Made by a program: the position numbers and the translations under genes. 64,000 bases of DNA from Macrostomum lignano (Eukaryota): contig NIVC01000617.1 in the NCBI GenBank assembly GCA_002269645.1, positions 248,001 through 312,000 on the forward strand, given 5' to 3'. This document shows, piece after piece, positions 26,139 through 40,764 of the stretch (the stretch's first letter is position 1; the number at the start of each line of letters is the position of its first letter). Below the pieces are notes generated by a model. The model saw only the letters and a list, made by a program, of their open reading frames with translations, was not told where the DNA came from and did no database searches.

Positions 26139-26349
26139 GGTCAGAGACAGGTCAGAGACAGGTCAGAGACAGGTCAGAGACAGGTCAGAGACAGGTCAGA
26201 GACAGGTCAGAGACAGGTCAGAGACAGGTCAGTCAGAGACAGGTCAGTCAGAGACAGGTCAGAGACAGGTCAGTCAGAGACAGGTCAGAGACAGGTCAGA
26301 GACAGGTCAGAGACAGGTCAGAGACAGGTCAGAGACAGGTCAGAGACAG
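26139..26349 (+). repeat. 11-bp array AGGTCAGAGAC (DR5-like)
   Basis: AGGTCA repeated with 5-nt spacer GAGAC. Confidence 0.93.
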
Positions 26350-26859
26350 AAGGCAGTGAGTAATTGACTCTTTATATGGGATGCCAGGCATGGGATTCCG
26401 GAAACCCAAGAGAAAGCATTAATTAGATGAATAAATAAAATTCCCAATAAGTGATGATTGATAGGATATATGAATCGTGACTTTGTAATAGGCAACCTTA
26501 ATTGTTATTCTCCTCTGGCACTTTTAAATATTATCTTCTGAATCTTGAGAAGCTGCTGAGGCTGAACTGATCTCATAATTAACTTTTTATCAGATAATTC
26601 TCTCGCTTTTACGAGGATAACGAGTCGCACTTTTAGTATCTGCCTAAAATTTTTACTCAACTACTTCATGTAGTTCCGCTGACCCACCAGTTCAAGGAAG
26701 GGTCAGAGTGCTTGCTTAGCACGTCATAAAAAATAATCATTTAAATATTGATTGATTGATAAGTTGCTAGAACTGGTGACAGATAGGTTGATACGATTAT
26801 TGATTGATAGGATGATTGATAGTCTAGTAGTCTGATGGGCTGGTGTAGACTTACAGGGG

Positions 26860-27760
<901 letters not shown>

Positions 27761-28324
27761 TGTCCGAAAACCACAGACCAGTGGATTGAGGCTGAGAATC
27801 GCAATAAGCAGCTTGGACTCCACTACCGGATTGTCCTCAAAAACTTCAATCGATTTCTTTCTATCTCTCTCCTTTCCACTAAAAGCAAAGAGGACTCAGT
27901 CCACAAGCCAGAAGTCCGTGCAGCTGCGCCCAGTAGGACCCTTGCTAGTCGACCTCGCCGCTCCGGACCCTCCCTCTAATTTCCCCCAGCCAACCCCGGG
28001 GACAAATCGCTCCCCGAGCCCCGTCAGGCTGGCGACCGCCGACGAACGCGGGGGGAATCCGCGGCCCTTTTCTCCCCTCTTCTACTCTCCCCTACCCTCG
28101 ACAAAAAAGTATTTCAGGCCTCGCTTTCAAGCCCAGCCGGCCAGTCAAGTCACTTGCGCGCACAGCGGCGTGGCTGCCAAAGAGAGCGACGGACTCGCCA
28201 CTCGGGTCGTGGACAAGTGGCGGCTGCAGGGGCCCGGCTTCGGGTAGCTTAGAGTGTCGGATTAGGTGCGAAGTAGCTGCGGCTGCTGACTGGAGGCTGG
28301 GGATGTCGTGCACTGCCTGTGTTC

Positions 28325-28875
<551 letters not shown>

Positions 28876-29439
28876 CGCAGGGCTAGGAGCTGAAAAAGAA
28901 ACCCAGAGCTGAGAGGAGAAGGGAGACTGGTGAGTGGGACAGAAGTGGCAGCGGGGGCTGATCGATGTTCCAGACTGTTTCCCTGCACAGATTATTTGCG
29001 ACAAGCCAGCGGGAGTTCGCACTGCTGACTCGCAAGTTACAGCTGGCCCCCTGCCGAGCGAGACACACTGAGAGAGGGAGAGTAAATTAATTTTGCTTGT
29101 TTTCCAATTCGGCCTCAAGCAAAAAGAGCACTGGGCGCGTTTCCTACAGCTGCTTGTATTATAGCCTAATTAACACAATAACAGAACTGTAGTGAGCCGG
29201 AGTCTGCAGCATAGACAGAGACAGAGCTTTACTTTTGTGCGACTGTGCTGTTGTTTATGGCTCAATTGTTGCGCAGCAGACAACTGACATTGATGGGGGC
29301 AGGGGCAGAAAGGATTTTCCAGCAAACTGGAGAAGAATTGCCCCTAGGGTAGGGGCATGAGGTTCTATAGGCTAGCTTTTCTGATAAGTTGCTCTCGATA
29401 GTTGGGCCATGCTTTTGCAGAGTTGCCAATATTTCCCCT

Positions 29440-29815
29440 TTGTTTTCATCCTCTATTCTCCATCTAATCCGCCACTCTACTCTCCCATCTATTCTCCCCC
29501 TCTTTCCTCCCCCTCTATTCTATCCCTCTATTCTCTCCTCTATTCTCTCTCTATTCTCCTCTCTATTCTCCCCCTCTATCCTCCCCCTCTATTCTCCCCC
29601 TCTATCCTCCCCCTCTATTCTCCCCCTCTATTCTGCCCCCTCTACCTCCCTCTATATCCCCTGTATTCTCCCCCCTATACCCCCTATTCTCTCATCTATT
29701 CTCCATCTAATCTCCCCTCTATTTTTCTTCTCTAGTTTCCTATTCTCTCTATTCTCCGCTGATTTCTCTCTCCACTCTCTTTCTATTCACTGTTCATTTT
29801 CCCTCTGTTCTATCC
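29440..29815. repeat. Low-complexity TATTCTCCCCTC repeat
   Basis: Degenerate pyrimidine-rich units. Confidence 0.85.
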
Positions 29816-30456
29816 TAGGTTGGCAAGACCTCACTTGATTACTTGTATCAAAGATCCGGTAATATTTGCATTTCATTAGCTTCAAAAATGCAAACTTCTA
29901 ACAGTTGTTTAACATCGCACACAATGCGCTTCTACGCACTTCGCTCCGACCTCCCGGACCTCGCGGCCTGGCGACCTTAGCGGCAATTTACACCTCTCCG
30001 CGGCTCTCTGTCCATCCCTTCATCACCTTGCGCAAACTAACCAGCCAGTTGAAGTGGGAAAAAGCAACGTGTGTGTGTGCGGTGTCTGTCTGTGTGTATC
30101 CGAAAGAATTTGCTTGCGTGCGCTTCTATTTTTTGTGCCTAACATCGCAAGCGGCGGCTGGGTGGGGGCGAGTGGCAGTTCGAATATCCCACTGAGTTTT
30201 TCCCCTTTTTCGACTTTTTCTCTATTTCTTCTCTTTCTCTCTCTCCCTCTCTCTCTCTCTCTTGCATCCCCAAAACACGATCTCTTTCTCGGCCAAAGCC
30301 AAGCTTGCAAACGGATAGTCCTAATGTTTAGGACTAACTGCTTTGTACGACAACGGGTGACAACGTGTCTTTTGTTAGCAAGATTGCTCCACTCCATCCT
30401 TGCGTATGCGAAGCTGTAGAAACAGCCGAGGTGTACTAAAGTCTATGAAACTGATC

Positions 30457-31190
30457 CTCATCAGAGCACCCTCACGGTAAGAGACCCTCATCAGAGCACC
30501 CTCACGTTAAGAGGTATCCATTAGAGCACCCTCACGGTATGAGGTCCCGACCAGAGCACCCTCACGGTAAGAGACCCTCACCAGAGCACCCTCACGGTAA
30601 GAGACCCTCACCAGAGCACCCTCACGGTAAGAGACCCTCACCAGAGCACCCTCACGGTAAGAGACCCTCACCAGAGCACCCTCACGGTAAGAGACCCTCA
30701 CCAGAGCACCCTCACGGTAAGAGACCCTCACCAGAGCACCCTCACGGTATGAGGTCCCGACCAGAGCACCCTCACGGTAAGAGACCCTCACCAGAGCACC
30801 CTCACGGTAAGAGACCCTCATCAGAGCACCCTCACGGTAAGAGACCCTCATCAGAGCACCCTCACGTTAAGAGGTATCCATTAGAGCACCCTCACGGTAT
30901 GAGGTCCCGACCAGAGCACCCTCACGGTAAGAGACCCTCATCAGAGCACCCTCACGGTAAGAGACCCTCATCAGAGCACCCTCACGTTAAGAGGTATCCA
31001 TTAGAGCACCCTCACGGTAAGAGACCCTCACCAGAGCACCCTCACGGTAAAAGACCCTCACCAGAGCACCCTCACGGTAAGAGACCCTCACCAGAGCACC
31101 CTCACGGTAAGAAACCCTCACCAGAGCACCCTCACGGTAAGAAACCCTCATCAGAGCACCCTCACAGTAAGAGACCCTCATAATACCCTC
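30457..31190. repeat. 30-bp minisatellite
   Basis: Unit CAGAGCACCCTCACGGTAAGAGACCCTCAC. Confidence 0.95.
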
Positions 31191-32149
31191 ATGCGACACA
31201 ATTCGACGGCGGTAGATCCTCATCAGAAGCATTCTTAGATCCTTTTATTATGAACATTAGCCCGAACAGCACGAAGCACTTTTTGCGTTTCGAACCATTT
31301 ATAGGACGAATTGCTAATCCAGAAGTTTCCCCAACTATACATGTAAAGTGATTTTGCAGGCTGCAATGAATTCTTCGGTAAGAAAGCATTCCATTAAGCG
31401 CGGTTCTGGTTGAAGCGTGCATCTGCATGTAGACTCGGGGCCTCCTGCACAACCACTTAAAACTTGCTAGCAATGATAGATTGGGTAACTTGATAGACAG
31501 ATTGTTTGATAAAATAATAAACAAGAATTCACTGAACAGAAGTCGGATTTTATGATGCCATGCAAAATTTATGATTCACCATTTTACTAATTTTACAAAG
31601 TAATTAGCAGCCATTATTCTAACTGTGCTACTTAGAGTAGAAAACAGCTGACGTGTGATTAGGACTAGCTTGAATTTCGTTATTATCTAACGGCACTTCC
31701 TCTTGATGTCCCGTCGTTCCACCACACTTTTCTCACCCTTTTTAATTATCATCTTACTTAAAGGCATTATTTATAATCAGCTCCATCAACACCCAAAAAT
31801 ATATTTTTCGAAATGATAATTTTAGACGAAAAATTTTCTGCCTAAATGATTCCATGTTTTCTGATCAGGAAGTCTCATTAAGGGGGTGGTTGTTGTTCGA
31901 GAGAAGGAAAGCGCTGATTCTTGGACATACAGCTACAGACTAGCTTGAGGTCAACCAACAATTCAGTTTAGGCTCAACTGCGAGCAAGCATTGAGAATGA
32001 TATTTAATAATGTGCTATTTTTCTCAAGTGCCTTTCAAGACATTTTCTAAAGCCGCAGAGGCATGTAAATTGCTGTAGAGGGATGTAGAGAGCACTATAG
32101 ATGGTCTTAAACTAGACGTAAATTTCTGTAGAAGGTTGTAGATCAATTT

Positions 32150-33117
32150 GGATAGCTGTAGATTCCTATAGATGGCTGTAGACTCCTATAGATAGCTGTC
32201 GATAGCTGTAGATGGCTGTAGATGGCTGTCGATAGCTGTAGTGGCTGTAGATGGCTGTCGATAGCTGTAGGTGGCTGTAGATAGCTGTCAATAGCTGTAG
32301 ATGGCTGTAGATGGCTGCAGATAGCTGTCGATAGCTGTAGATGGCTGTAGATGGCTGCAGATAGCTGTAGATGGCTGTAGATGGCTGTCGATAGCTGTAG
32401 GTGGCTGTAGATAGCTGTCGATAGCTGTAGATGGCTGTAGATGGCTGCAGATAGCTGTCGATAGCTGTAGATGGCTGTAGATGGCTGTCGATAGCTGTAG
32501 ATGGCTGGGCTGTCGATAGCTGTAGATGGCTGTAGATGGCTGCAGATAGCTGTAGATGGCTGTAGATTGCTGCAGATAGCTGTCGATAGCTGTAGATGGC
32601 TGGGCTGTCGATAGCTGTAGATGGCTGTAGATGGCTGCAGATAGCTGTCGATAGCTGTAGATGGCTGGGCTGTCGATAGCTGTAGATGGCTGTAGATGAC
32701 TGCAGATAGCTGTAGGTGGCTGTAGATAGCTGTCGATAGCTGTAGATGGCTGTAGATGGCTGCAGATAGCTGTCGATAGCTGTAGATGGCTGGGCTGTCG
32801 ATAGCTGTAGATGGCTGTAGATGGCTGCAGATAGCTGTCGATAGCTGTAGATGGCTGGGCTGTCGATAGCTGTAGATGGCTGTAGATGACTGCAGATAGC
32901 TGTCGATAGCTGTAGATGGCTGGGCTGTCGATAGCTGTAGATGGCTGTAGATGGCTGCAGATAGCTGTCGATAGCTGTAGATGGCTGGGCTGTCGATAGC
33001 TGTAGATGGCTGTCGATAGCTGTAAATAGCTGTCGATGGCTGTATAGATGGCTGTTGATACCTGTAGATAGCTGTAAATAGCTGTCGATAGCTGTAGATG
33101 ACTGTAGATGACTGTAG
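32150..33117. repeat. 10-bp-period repeat with higher-order blocks
   Basis: GATAGCTGTA/GATGGCTGTA/GATAGCTGTC/GATGGCTGCA units. Confidence 0.95.
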
Positions 33118-33774
33118 GGGCACCATGACCAGTACAACAATGCACTGCAACAGAGACAAAATCAGGACTTTTTGCCTGAGGCAAAAAATCATTCATTAAA
33201 TCCGTTGTTCACATGGAAACAGCCGCAGAAATGTTTCGCATGCGTCATGTGCTGTGATACAATCCAATTTTACAAGTGTTAAACCCGAGCAAAGCATTGG
33301 CTAACACTTGTAATTGCAGAAATTTTCGTTTGGTCAGCCACTACAGCGCAAAAAACCCCTGATTTGCAAACAAACATACCGATAATTCTCAATCCAATTT
33401 TCTCCCCTTCTCAACTTTCTCTCTTTCTGTCAACAGGTGCGAGCTTGTTTGCCCAACGCTTGCTACAACACATGCCTTACCCTACTGTGTCACAGGGTGC
33501 GGCTATACGTTGTTGCTGACACTTCTAAATTGCGCCTAAGTCCGACTTAGGCAGCTGGCGTGGGCAAGAGCTGCTAGCTGTGTTCAAACCCTTCCGGTAG
33601 CTTTGGTTGTCAACTCAATCTCGGTATCTCTGTCTATTTAGCTCAGCTCAGCTCTCTAAAGATCTTTTAAATTCTTTTTCTATACTTTCTTAAAAGCAAG
33701 GGTTACCGTTCTATAGTATTCTATAGTATTCTATAGTAGGGTTGTCTACAAACTCTTCTGAGCATTTTAAGCTT

Positions 33775-36700
33775 TGTCTTCTGTCTCTCCCTTTTCTCTC
33801 CCCTTTTCTCACCCCCTTTCTCACCCCCTTTCTCTCTCTCTACCCCTTTCTCTCCCCCTTTCTCTCTCCCTTTTTCTCTCTCTCCGTTTCTCTCCCCGTT
33901 CTCTCTCTACCCCTTTTCTCTCCCCTTTCTCTCTCTACCTTTCTCTCTCCCTTTCTCTCTCCCTTTCTCTCTCCCTTTCTCTCTCCCTTTCTCTCTCCCT
34001 TTCTCTCTCTCACCGTTTCTCTCCCCTTTCTCTCTCTACCCATTTTCTCACCCCCTTTCTCTCCCCCTTTCTCTCTCCCTTTCTCTCTCTCTCCCCTTTC
34101 TCTCTCCCTTTCTCTCTCTCTCTCCGTTTCTCTCCCCTTTCTCTCTCTCCCTTTTTCTCTCTCTCCGTTTCTCTCCCCTTTCTCTCTCTACCCCTTTTCT
34201 ATCCCCCTTTCTCTCTCCCTTTCTCTCTCTCTTCGTTTCTCTCCCCTTTCTCTCTCTACCTCTTTCTCTCCCACTTTCTCTCTCCCTTTCTCTCTCCCTT
34301 TCTCTCCCCCTTTCTTTTTCTCCCTTTCTCTCCCCCTTTCTCTCCCCCTTTCTCTCCCCCTTTCTCTCTCCCTTTCTCTCCCCCTTTCTCTCTCTCCCTT
34401 TCTCTCTCCCTTTCTCTCCCCCTTTCTCTCTCTCCCTTTCTCTCTCCCTTTCTCTCCCCCTTTTTCTCCCCTTTCTCTCCCCCTTTCTCTCTTCCTTTCT
34501 CTCCCCTTTCTCTCTCTCTACCCCTTTCTCTCCCCCTTTCTCTTTCTCCCTTTCTCTCTCCCTTTCTCTCCCCCTTTCTCTCCCCCTTTCTCTCTCCCTT
34601 TCTCTCCCCCTTTCTCTCTCTCCCTTTCTCTCTCCCTTTCTCTCCCCCTTTTTCTCCCCTTTCTCTCCCCCTTTCTCTCTTCCTTTCTCTCCCCTTTCTC
34701 TCTCTCTACCCCTTTCTCTCTCCCTTTCTCTCTCCCTTTCTCTCTCCCTTTCTCTCTCCCTTTCTCTCTCCCTTTCTCTCTCCCTTTCTCTCTCCCTTTC
34801 TCTCTCCCTTTCTCTCCCCCTTTCTCTCTCTCCCTTTCTCTCTCCCTTTCTCTCCCCCTTTTTCTCCCCTTTCTCTCCCCCTTTCTCTCTTCCTTTCTCT
34901 CCCCTTTCTCTCTCTCTACCCCTTTCTCTCCCCCTTTCTCTTTCTCCCTTTCTCTCTCCCTTTCTCTCCCCTTTCTCTCCCCTTTCTCTCTCCCTTTCTC
35001 TCCCCCTTTCTCTCCCCCTTTCTCTCTCCCTTTCTCTCCCCCTTTCTCTCTCTCCCTTTCTCTCATCCTTTCTCTCCCCCTTTCTCTCTCCCTTTCTCTC
35101 CCCTTTCTCTCTCTCTACCCCTTTCTCTCTCCCTTTCTCTCTCCCTTTCTCTCTCCCTTTCTCTCTCCCTTTCTCTCTCCCTTTCTCTCTCCCTTTCTCT
35201 CTCCCTTTCTCTCTCCCTTTCTCTCCCCCTTTCTCTCTCTCCCTTTCTCTCTCCCTTTCTCTCCCCCTTTTTCTCCCCTTTCTCTCCCCCTTTCTCTCTT
35301 CCTTTCTCTCCCCTTTCTCTCTCTCTACCCCTTTCTCTCCCCCTTTCTCTTTCTCCCTTTCTCTCTCCCTTTCTCTCCCCCTTTCTCTCCCCCCTTTCTC
35401 TCTCCCTTTCTCTCCCCTTTTTCTCCCCTTTCTCTCCCCCTTTCTCTCTTCCTTTCTCTCCCTTTCTCTCTCTCTACCCCTTTCTCTCCCCCTTTCTCTT
35501 TCTCCCTTTCTCTCTCCCTTTCTCTCCCCCTTTCTCTCCCCCTTTCTCTCTCCCTTTCTCTCCCCCTTTCTCTCTCCCTTTCTCTCTTCCTTTCTATCTC
35601 TCTCTCTGTTTCTCTCCCCTTTCTCTCTCTCTACCCCTTTCTCTTCCCCTTTCTCTCTCCCTTTCTCTCTCTCTTCGTTTCTCTCCCCTTTCTCTCTCTC
35701 TACCCCTTTCTCTCCCCCTTTCTCTCTCCCTTTCTCTCTCTCTTCGTTTCTCTCCCCTTTCTCTCTCTCTACCCCTTTCTCTCCCCCTTTCTCTCTCCCT
35801 TTTTCTCTCTCTCCGTTTCTCTCCCCTTTCTCTCTCTACCTCTTTCTCTCCCCCTTTCTCTCTCCCTTTCTCTCTCCCTTTCTCTCTCCCTTTCTCTCCC
35901 CCTTTCTTTTTCTCCCTTTCTCTCCCCCTTTCTCTCCCCCTTTCTCTCCCCCTTTCTCTCTCCCTTTCTCTCCCCCTTTCTCTCTCTCCCTTTCTCTCTC
36001 CCTTTCTCTCCCCCTTTCTCTCTCTCCCTTTCTCTCTCCCTTTCTCTCCCCCTTTCTCTCTCTCCCTTTCTCTCTCCCTTTCTCTCCCCCTTTTTCTCCC
36101 CTTTCTCTCCCCTTTCTCTCTTCCTTTCTCTCCCCTTTCTCTCTCTCTACCCCTTTCTCTCCCCCTTTCTCTTTCTCCCTTTCTCTCTCCCTTTCTCTCC
36201 CCTTTCTCTCCCCCTTTCTCTCTCCCTTTCTCTCCCCCTTTCTCTCTCTCCCTTTCTCTCTCCCTTTCTCTCCCCTTTTTCTCCCCTTTCTCTCCCCTTT
36301 CTCTCTTCCTTTCTCTCCCCTTTCTCTCTCTCTACCCCTTTCTCTCTCCCTTTCTCTCTCCCTTTCTCTCTCCCTTTCTCTCTCCCTTTCTCTCTCCCTT
36401 TCTCTCTCCCTTTCTCTCTCCCTTTCTCTCTCCCTTTCTCTCCCCTTTCTCTCTCTCCCTTTCTCTCTCCCTTTCTCTCCCCTTTTTCTCCCCTTTCTCT
36501 CCCCCTTTCTCTCTTCCTTTCTCTCCCCTTTCTCTCTCTCTACCCCTTTCTCTCCCCCTTTCTCTTTCTCCCTTTCTCTCTCCCTTTCTCTCCCCCTTTC
36601 TCTCCCCCTTTCTCTCTCCCTTTCTCTCCCCCTTTCTCTCCCCCTTTCTCTCTCCCTTTCTCTCCCCCTTTCTCTCTCTCCCTTTCTCTCATCCTTTCTC

Positions 36701-38530
36701 TCCCCCTTTCTCTCTCCCTTTCTCTCCCTTTCTCTCTCTCTACCCCTTTCTCTCTCCCTTTCTCTCTCCCTTTCTCTCTCCCTTTCTCTCTCCCTTTCTC
36801 TCTCCCTTTCTCTCTCCCTTTCTCTCTCCCTTTCTCTCTCCCTTTCTCTCCCCCTTTCTCTCTCTCCCTTTCTCTCTCCCTTTCTCTCCCCCTTTTTCTC
36901 CCCTTTCTCTCCCCCTTTCTCTCTTCCTTTCTCTCCCTTTCTCTCTCTCTACCCCTTTCTCTCCCCCTTTCTCTTTCTCCCTTTCTCTCTCCCTTTCTCT
37001 CCCCCTTTCTCTCCCCCCTTTCTCTCTCCCTTTCTCTCCCCCTTTTTCTCCCCTTTCTCTCCCCCTTTCTCTCTTCCTTTCTCTCCCCTTTCTCTCTCTC
37101 TACCCCTTTCTCTCCCCCTTTCTCTTTCTCCCTTTCTCTCTCCCTTTCTCTCCCCCTTTCTCTCCCCCTTTCTCTCTCCCTTTCTCTCCCCTTTCTCTCT
37201 CTCCCTTTCTCTCTCCCTTTCTCTCCCCCTTTCTCTCTTCCTTTCTCTCCCCTTTCTCTCTCTCTACCCCTTTCTCTCTCCCTTTCTCTCTCCCTTTCTC
37301 TCTCCCTTTCTCTCTCCCTTTCTCTCTCCCTTTCTCTCCCCCTTTCTCTCTCCCTTTCTCTCTCCCTTTCTCTCCCCTTTCTCTCTCTCCCTTTCTCTCT
37401 CCCTTTCTCTCCCCCTTTTTCTCCCCTTTCTCTCCCCCTTTCTCTCTTCCTTTCTCTCCCCTTTCTCTCTCTCTACCCTTTCTCTCCCCCTTTCTCTTTC
37501 TCCCTTTCTCTCTCCCTTTCTCTCCCCCTTTCTCTCCCCCTTTCTCTCTCCCTTTCTCTCCCCCTTTCTCTCCCCCTTTCTCTCTCCCTTTCTCTCCCCT
37601 TTCTCTCTCTCCCTTTCTCTCATCCTTTCTCTCCCCCTTTCTCTCTCCCTTTCTCTCCCCCTTTCTCTCTCTCCCTTTCTCTCTCCCTTTCTCTCCTCCT
37701 TTTTCTCCCCTTTCTCTCCCCCTTTCTCTCTTCCTTTCTCTCCCCTTTCTCTCTCTCTCCCTTTCTCTCTCCCTTTCTCTCTCCCTTTCTCTCTCCCTTT
37801 CTCTCTCCCTTTCTCTCTCCCTTTCTCTCTCCCTTTCTCTCTCCCTTTCTCTCTCCCTTTCTCTCTCCCTTTCTCTCTCCCTTTCTCTCCCCCTTTCTCT
37901 TTCTCCCTTTCTCTCTCCCTTTCTCTCTCTCCCTTTCTCTCTCCCTTTCTCTCCCCCTTTCTCTCTCTCCCTTTCTCTCTCCCTTTCTCTCCCCCTTTTT
38001 CTCCCCTTTCTCTCCCCCTTTCTCTCTTCCTTTCTCTCCCCTTTCTCTCTCTCTACCCCTTTCTCTCCCCCTTTCTCTTTCTCCCTTTCTCTCTCCCTTT
38101 CTCTCCCCCTTTCTCTCCCCCTTTCTCTCTCCCTTTCTCTCCCCCTTTCTCTCTCTCCCTTTCTCTCTCCTTTTTCTCTCTCTTTCTCTCTCCCTTTCTC
38201 TCTCTACTCCTTTCTCTTCCCCTTTCTCTCTCCCTTTCTCTCTCTCTCTACCCCTTTCTCTCTCCCCCTTTCTCTCCCCCTTTCTCTCTCCCTTTCTCTC
38301 CCCCTTTCTCTCTCTCCCTTTCTCTCTCCTTTTTCTCTCTCTTTCTCTCTCCCTTTCTCTCTCTACTCCTTTCTCTTCCCCTTTCTCTCTCCCTTTCTCT
38401 CTCTCTCTACCCCTTTCTCTCTACCCCTTTCTCTCCCCCTTTCTTTCCTTTCTCACTCCCTTTCTCTCCCCATTTCCCTTTCACTTTCTCTCTCTCCCTT
38501 TCTCTCTTCCTTTTCTCTTCTTCTCTCCCT
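33775..38530 (+). repeat. About 4.8-kb polypyrimidine tract (12-bp TCCCTTTCTCTC units)
   Basis: Almost exclusively C/T on the + strand. Confidence 0.97.
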
Positions 38531-39324
38531 TCATTCCAGTAGACTCCCAACGCTACCAATAGCATATTATACAGTAAAAGCACAGCGGGTCTGTATGGCA
38601 TTAGGGGCGCACTTAATATTTGATTCATGCATAATTGAAGGCCCCGCATGCATCAAATTACGCTGCTCCTGCAATCCAATGGCCGTAAATGTTTTGTTCA
38701 ACGAGGCTCACACTAACATGTTCCACTTTCGCCCAGAGTCCCGGCCTGAACGGGGCACCACAATTGTGTCAACATCTGCGCTTTCCTAGTCTGAAGCCTG
38801 TGCCGCTGACTTGTTAATTGAGACTCCAAATTTATAATCCCAGCTAACTTCCCAGTCTTAATCTCTTCCTTCCCATTCTCTCTCGGCCTCTCCCTCTCTG
38901 TACACATTGGCGATTGTGTGTTCAGCATAATCATAATTCCACGCACACGCACTCTCTGTTACCATGACAACCGTTATTATGCAAACAAGCGCCGGTAAAA
39001 TGGCTTCAGCATAGAAGCGTGATATCCCCCCCCAACCGACAGATGTAGATTCGGACTATGAAGTACAGCACCACCCCTGCTTCCCTCCCATGCTGCAGTA
39101 CGCACAGTCGGTAAACCCTGATAGAGAAAAATCATTAAGCCAGAATTACGAATTTAGCTCTTAGCCAATCAGATTGTGAGAGAACTACTGGGCTCTGTGG
39201 AAAGCTTATATAGATATTAATCCGAGTAAATGCCTCAACAAGCTTGATAATGACCGCTAAATCCAATTTGTCCTCTATAATTAATTAATAAATCAGAGTG
39301 TGGGATATTTTATAAATAAAGAGG

Positions 39325-39448
39325 ATGAGCAACCGCGTCGACCCGGCGTCGCAGCCAATTGAGCAGTCGATTGAGCTGGCGGCGGCCACTGCTGGACCGA
39401 GTAGCACAGCTGGCTCAACCGTGGCTTTGAAGCCTGGCTACGATGTCA
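39325..39448 (+). CDS. Candidate alternative first exon of stomatin-like gene (MSNRVDPASQPIEQSIELAAATAGPSSTAGSTVALKPGYDV)
   Basis: A-rich leader, AGGATGA start, coding-like GC, donor GTC A|gtaagt; 124 nt = phase 1. Confidence 0.72.
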
Positions 39449-39521
39449 GTAAGTGCTGTGCGGTGTGCGCTTGAATAGTCGCAGCAGCTTTTGTTTAAGT
39501 TTAATTCGACAAAAAACTTCA

Positions 39522-40182
39522 AGGGGGAGAGAGGAAGGGAGACAAGAAGGGAGACAGGAAGGGAGAGGGGAAGGGAGACAGGAAGGGAGAGGGGAAGGGA
39601 GAGAGGAAGGGAGAGAGGAAGGGAGACAGGAAGGGAGAGGGGAAGGGAGAGAGGAAGGGAGAGAGGAAGGGAGAGAGGAAGGGAGAGAGGAAGGGAGAGG
39701 GGAAGGGAGAGAGGAAAGGAGAGAGGAAGGGAGAGAGGAAGGGAGAGAGGGAGAGAGGAAGGGAGAGAGGGAGAGAGGAAGGGAGAGAGGGAGAGAGGAA
39801 GGGAGAGAGGGAGAGAGGAAGGTAGAGAGGAAAGCAGAGAGGAAGGAAGAAAGGAAGGGAGAGGGGAAGGGAGAGAGGAAGGGAGAGAGGAAGGGAGAGA
39901 GGAAGGGAGAGGGAAAGGGAGACAGGAAGGGAGACAGGAAGGGAGACAGGAAGGGAGGGGGGAAGGGAGAGAGGAAGGGAGAGAGGAAGGGAGAGGGGAA
40001 GGGAGAGAGGAAAGGAGAGAGGAAGGGAGAGAGGAAGGGAGAGAGGGAGAGAGGAAGGGAGAGAGGAAGGGAGAGAGGAAGGGAGAGAGGGAGAGAGGAA
40101 GGTAGAGAGGAAAGCAGAGAGGAAGGAAGAAAGGAAGGGAGAGGGGAAGGGAGAGAGGAAGGGAGAGAGCGAGGGAGAGATT
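39522..40182 (+). repeat. Polypurine tract (12-bp GAGAGGAAGGGA units)
   Basis: Near reverse complement of the 33.8-38.5 kb unit. Confidence 0.95.
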
Positions 40183-40764
40183 AGGGGGAATGAAAGGTAG
40201 AAAAATAGAATTTCAGTATATTAATGTATAAATATTGTATATAAGAATATTAAAGACGAAATACAACCTGTTACAATTTGTGGCCCATGGTGGTTTGACT
40301 TTGAAGTTAACAGAAAAAATCTTATAATCCACCTTACGCTACAAATACGTGGCTACGCTAGTATAGATTCAGGAAAGGTAATGCAATTTCGATCGATATG
40401 AGTGAGGATGGGAGAAAATAATGGGGAGAGAGAAGAGAGGAGGAACTGGCACAAGTATTTATGAGCTGGGCAAAGCTTTAAATAAATACTTCGCTGCGTT
40501 ATTATTGATTGCTTGGAGTATAGTATATTTAGACCCATATGAGAAAATTGCATCCTGAGAGGTGCTGATTAGCTAAGCTCTAAAAAGTTTGGCTGAGAGT
40601 CTGGGAACACCAACCGTTCAAACTTGCCACGACTTGGCAGGAATTCCTCACAGTTGAATTTTCTCCACACTACTGCAGCCAATTATGCATAATTAACATT
40701 TTCGCTAGTTTAGCGTCAATTTGAACTTTGCGGCTTCAGAGTCCACACAAAACCACGCAAGTCC

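Noticed and set aside
33742-38789. 1606-aa and 1671-aa S/L/P/F ORFs
   Set aside because: C/T-only DNA cannot contain stop codons; artefact of the polypyrimidine tract
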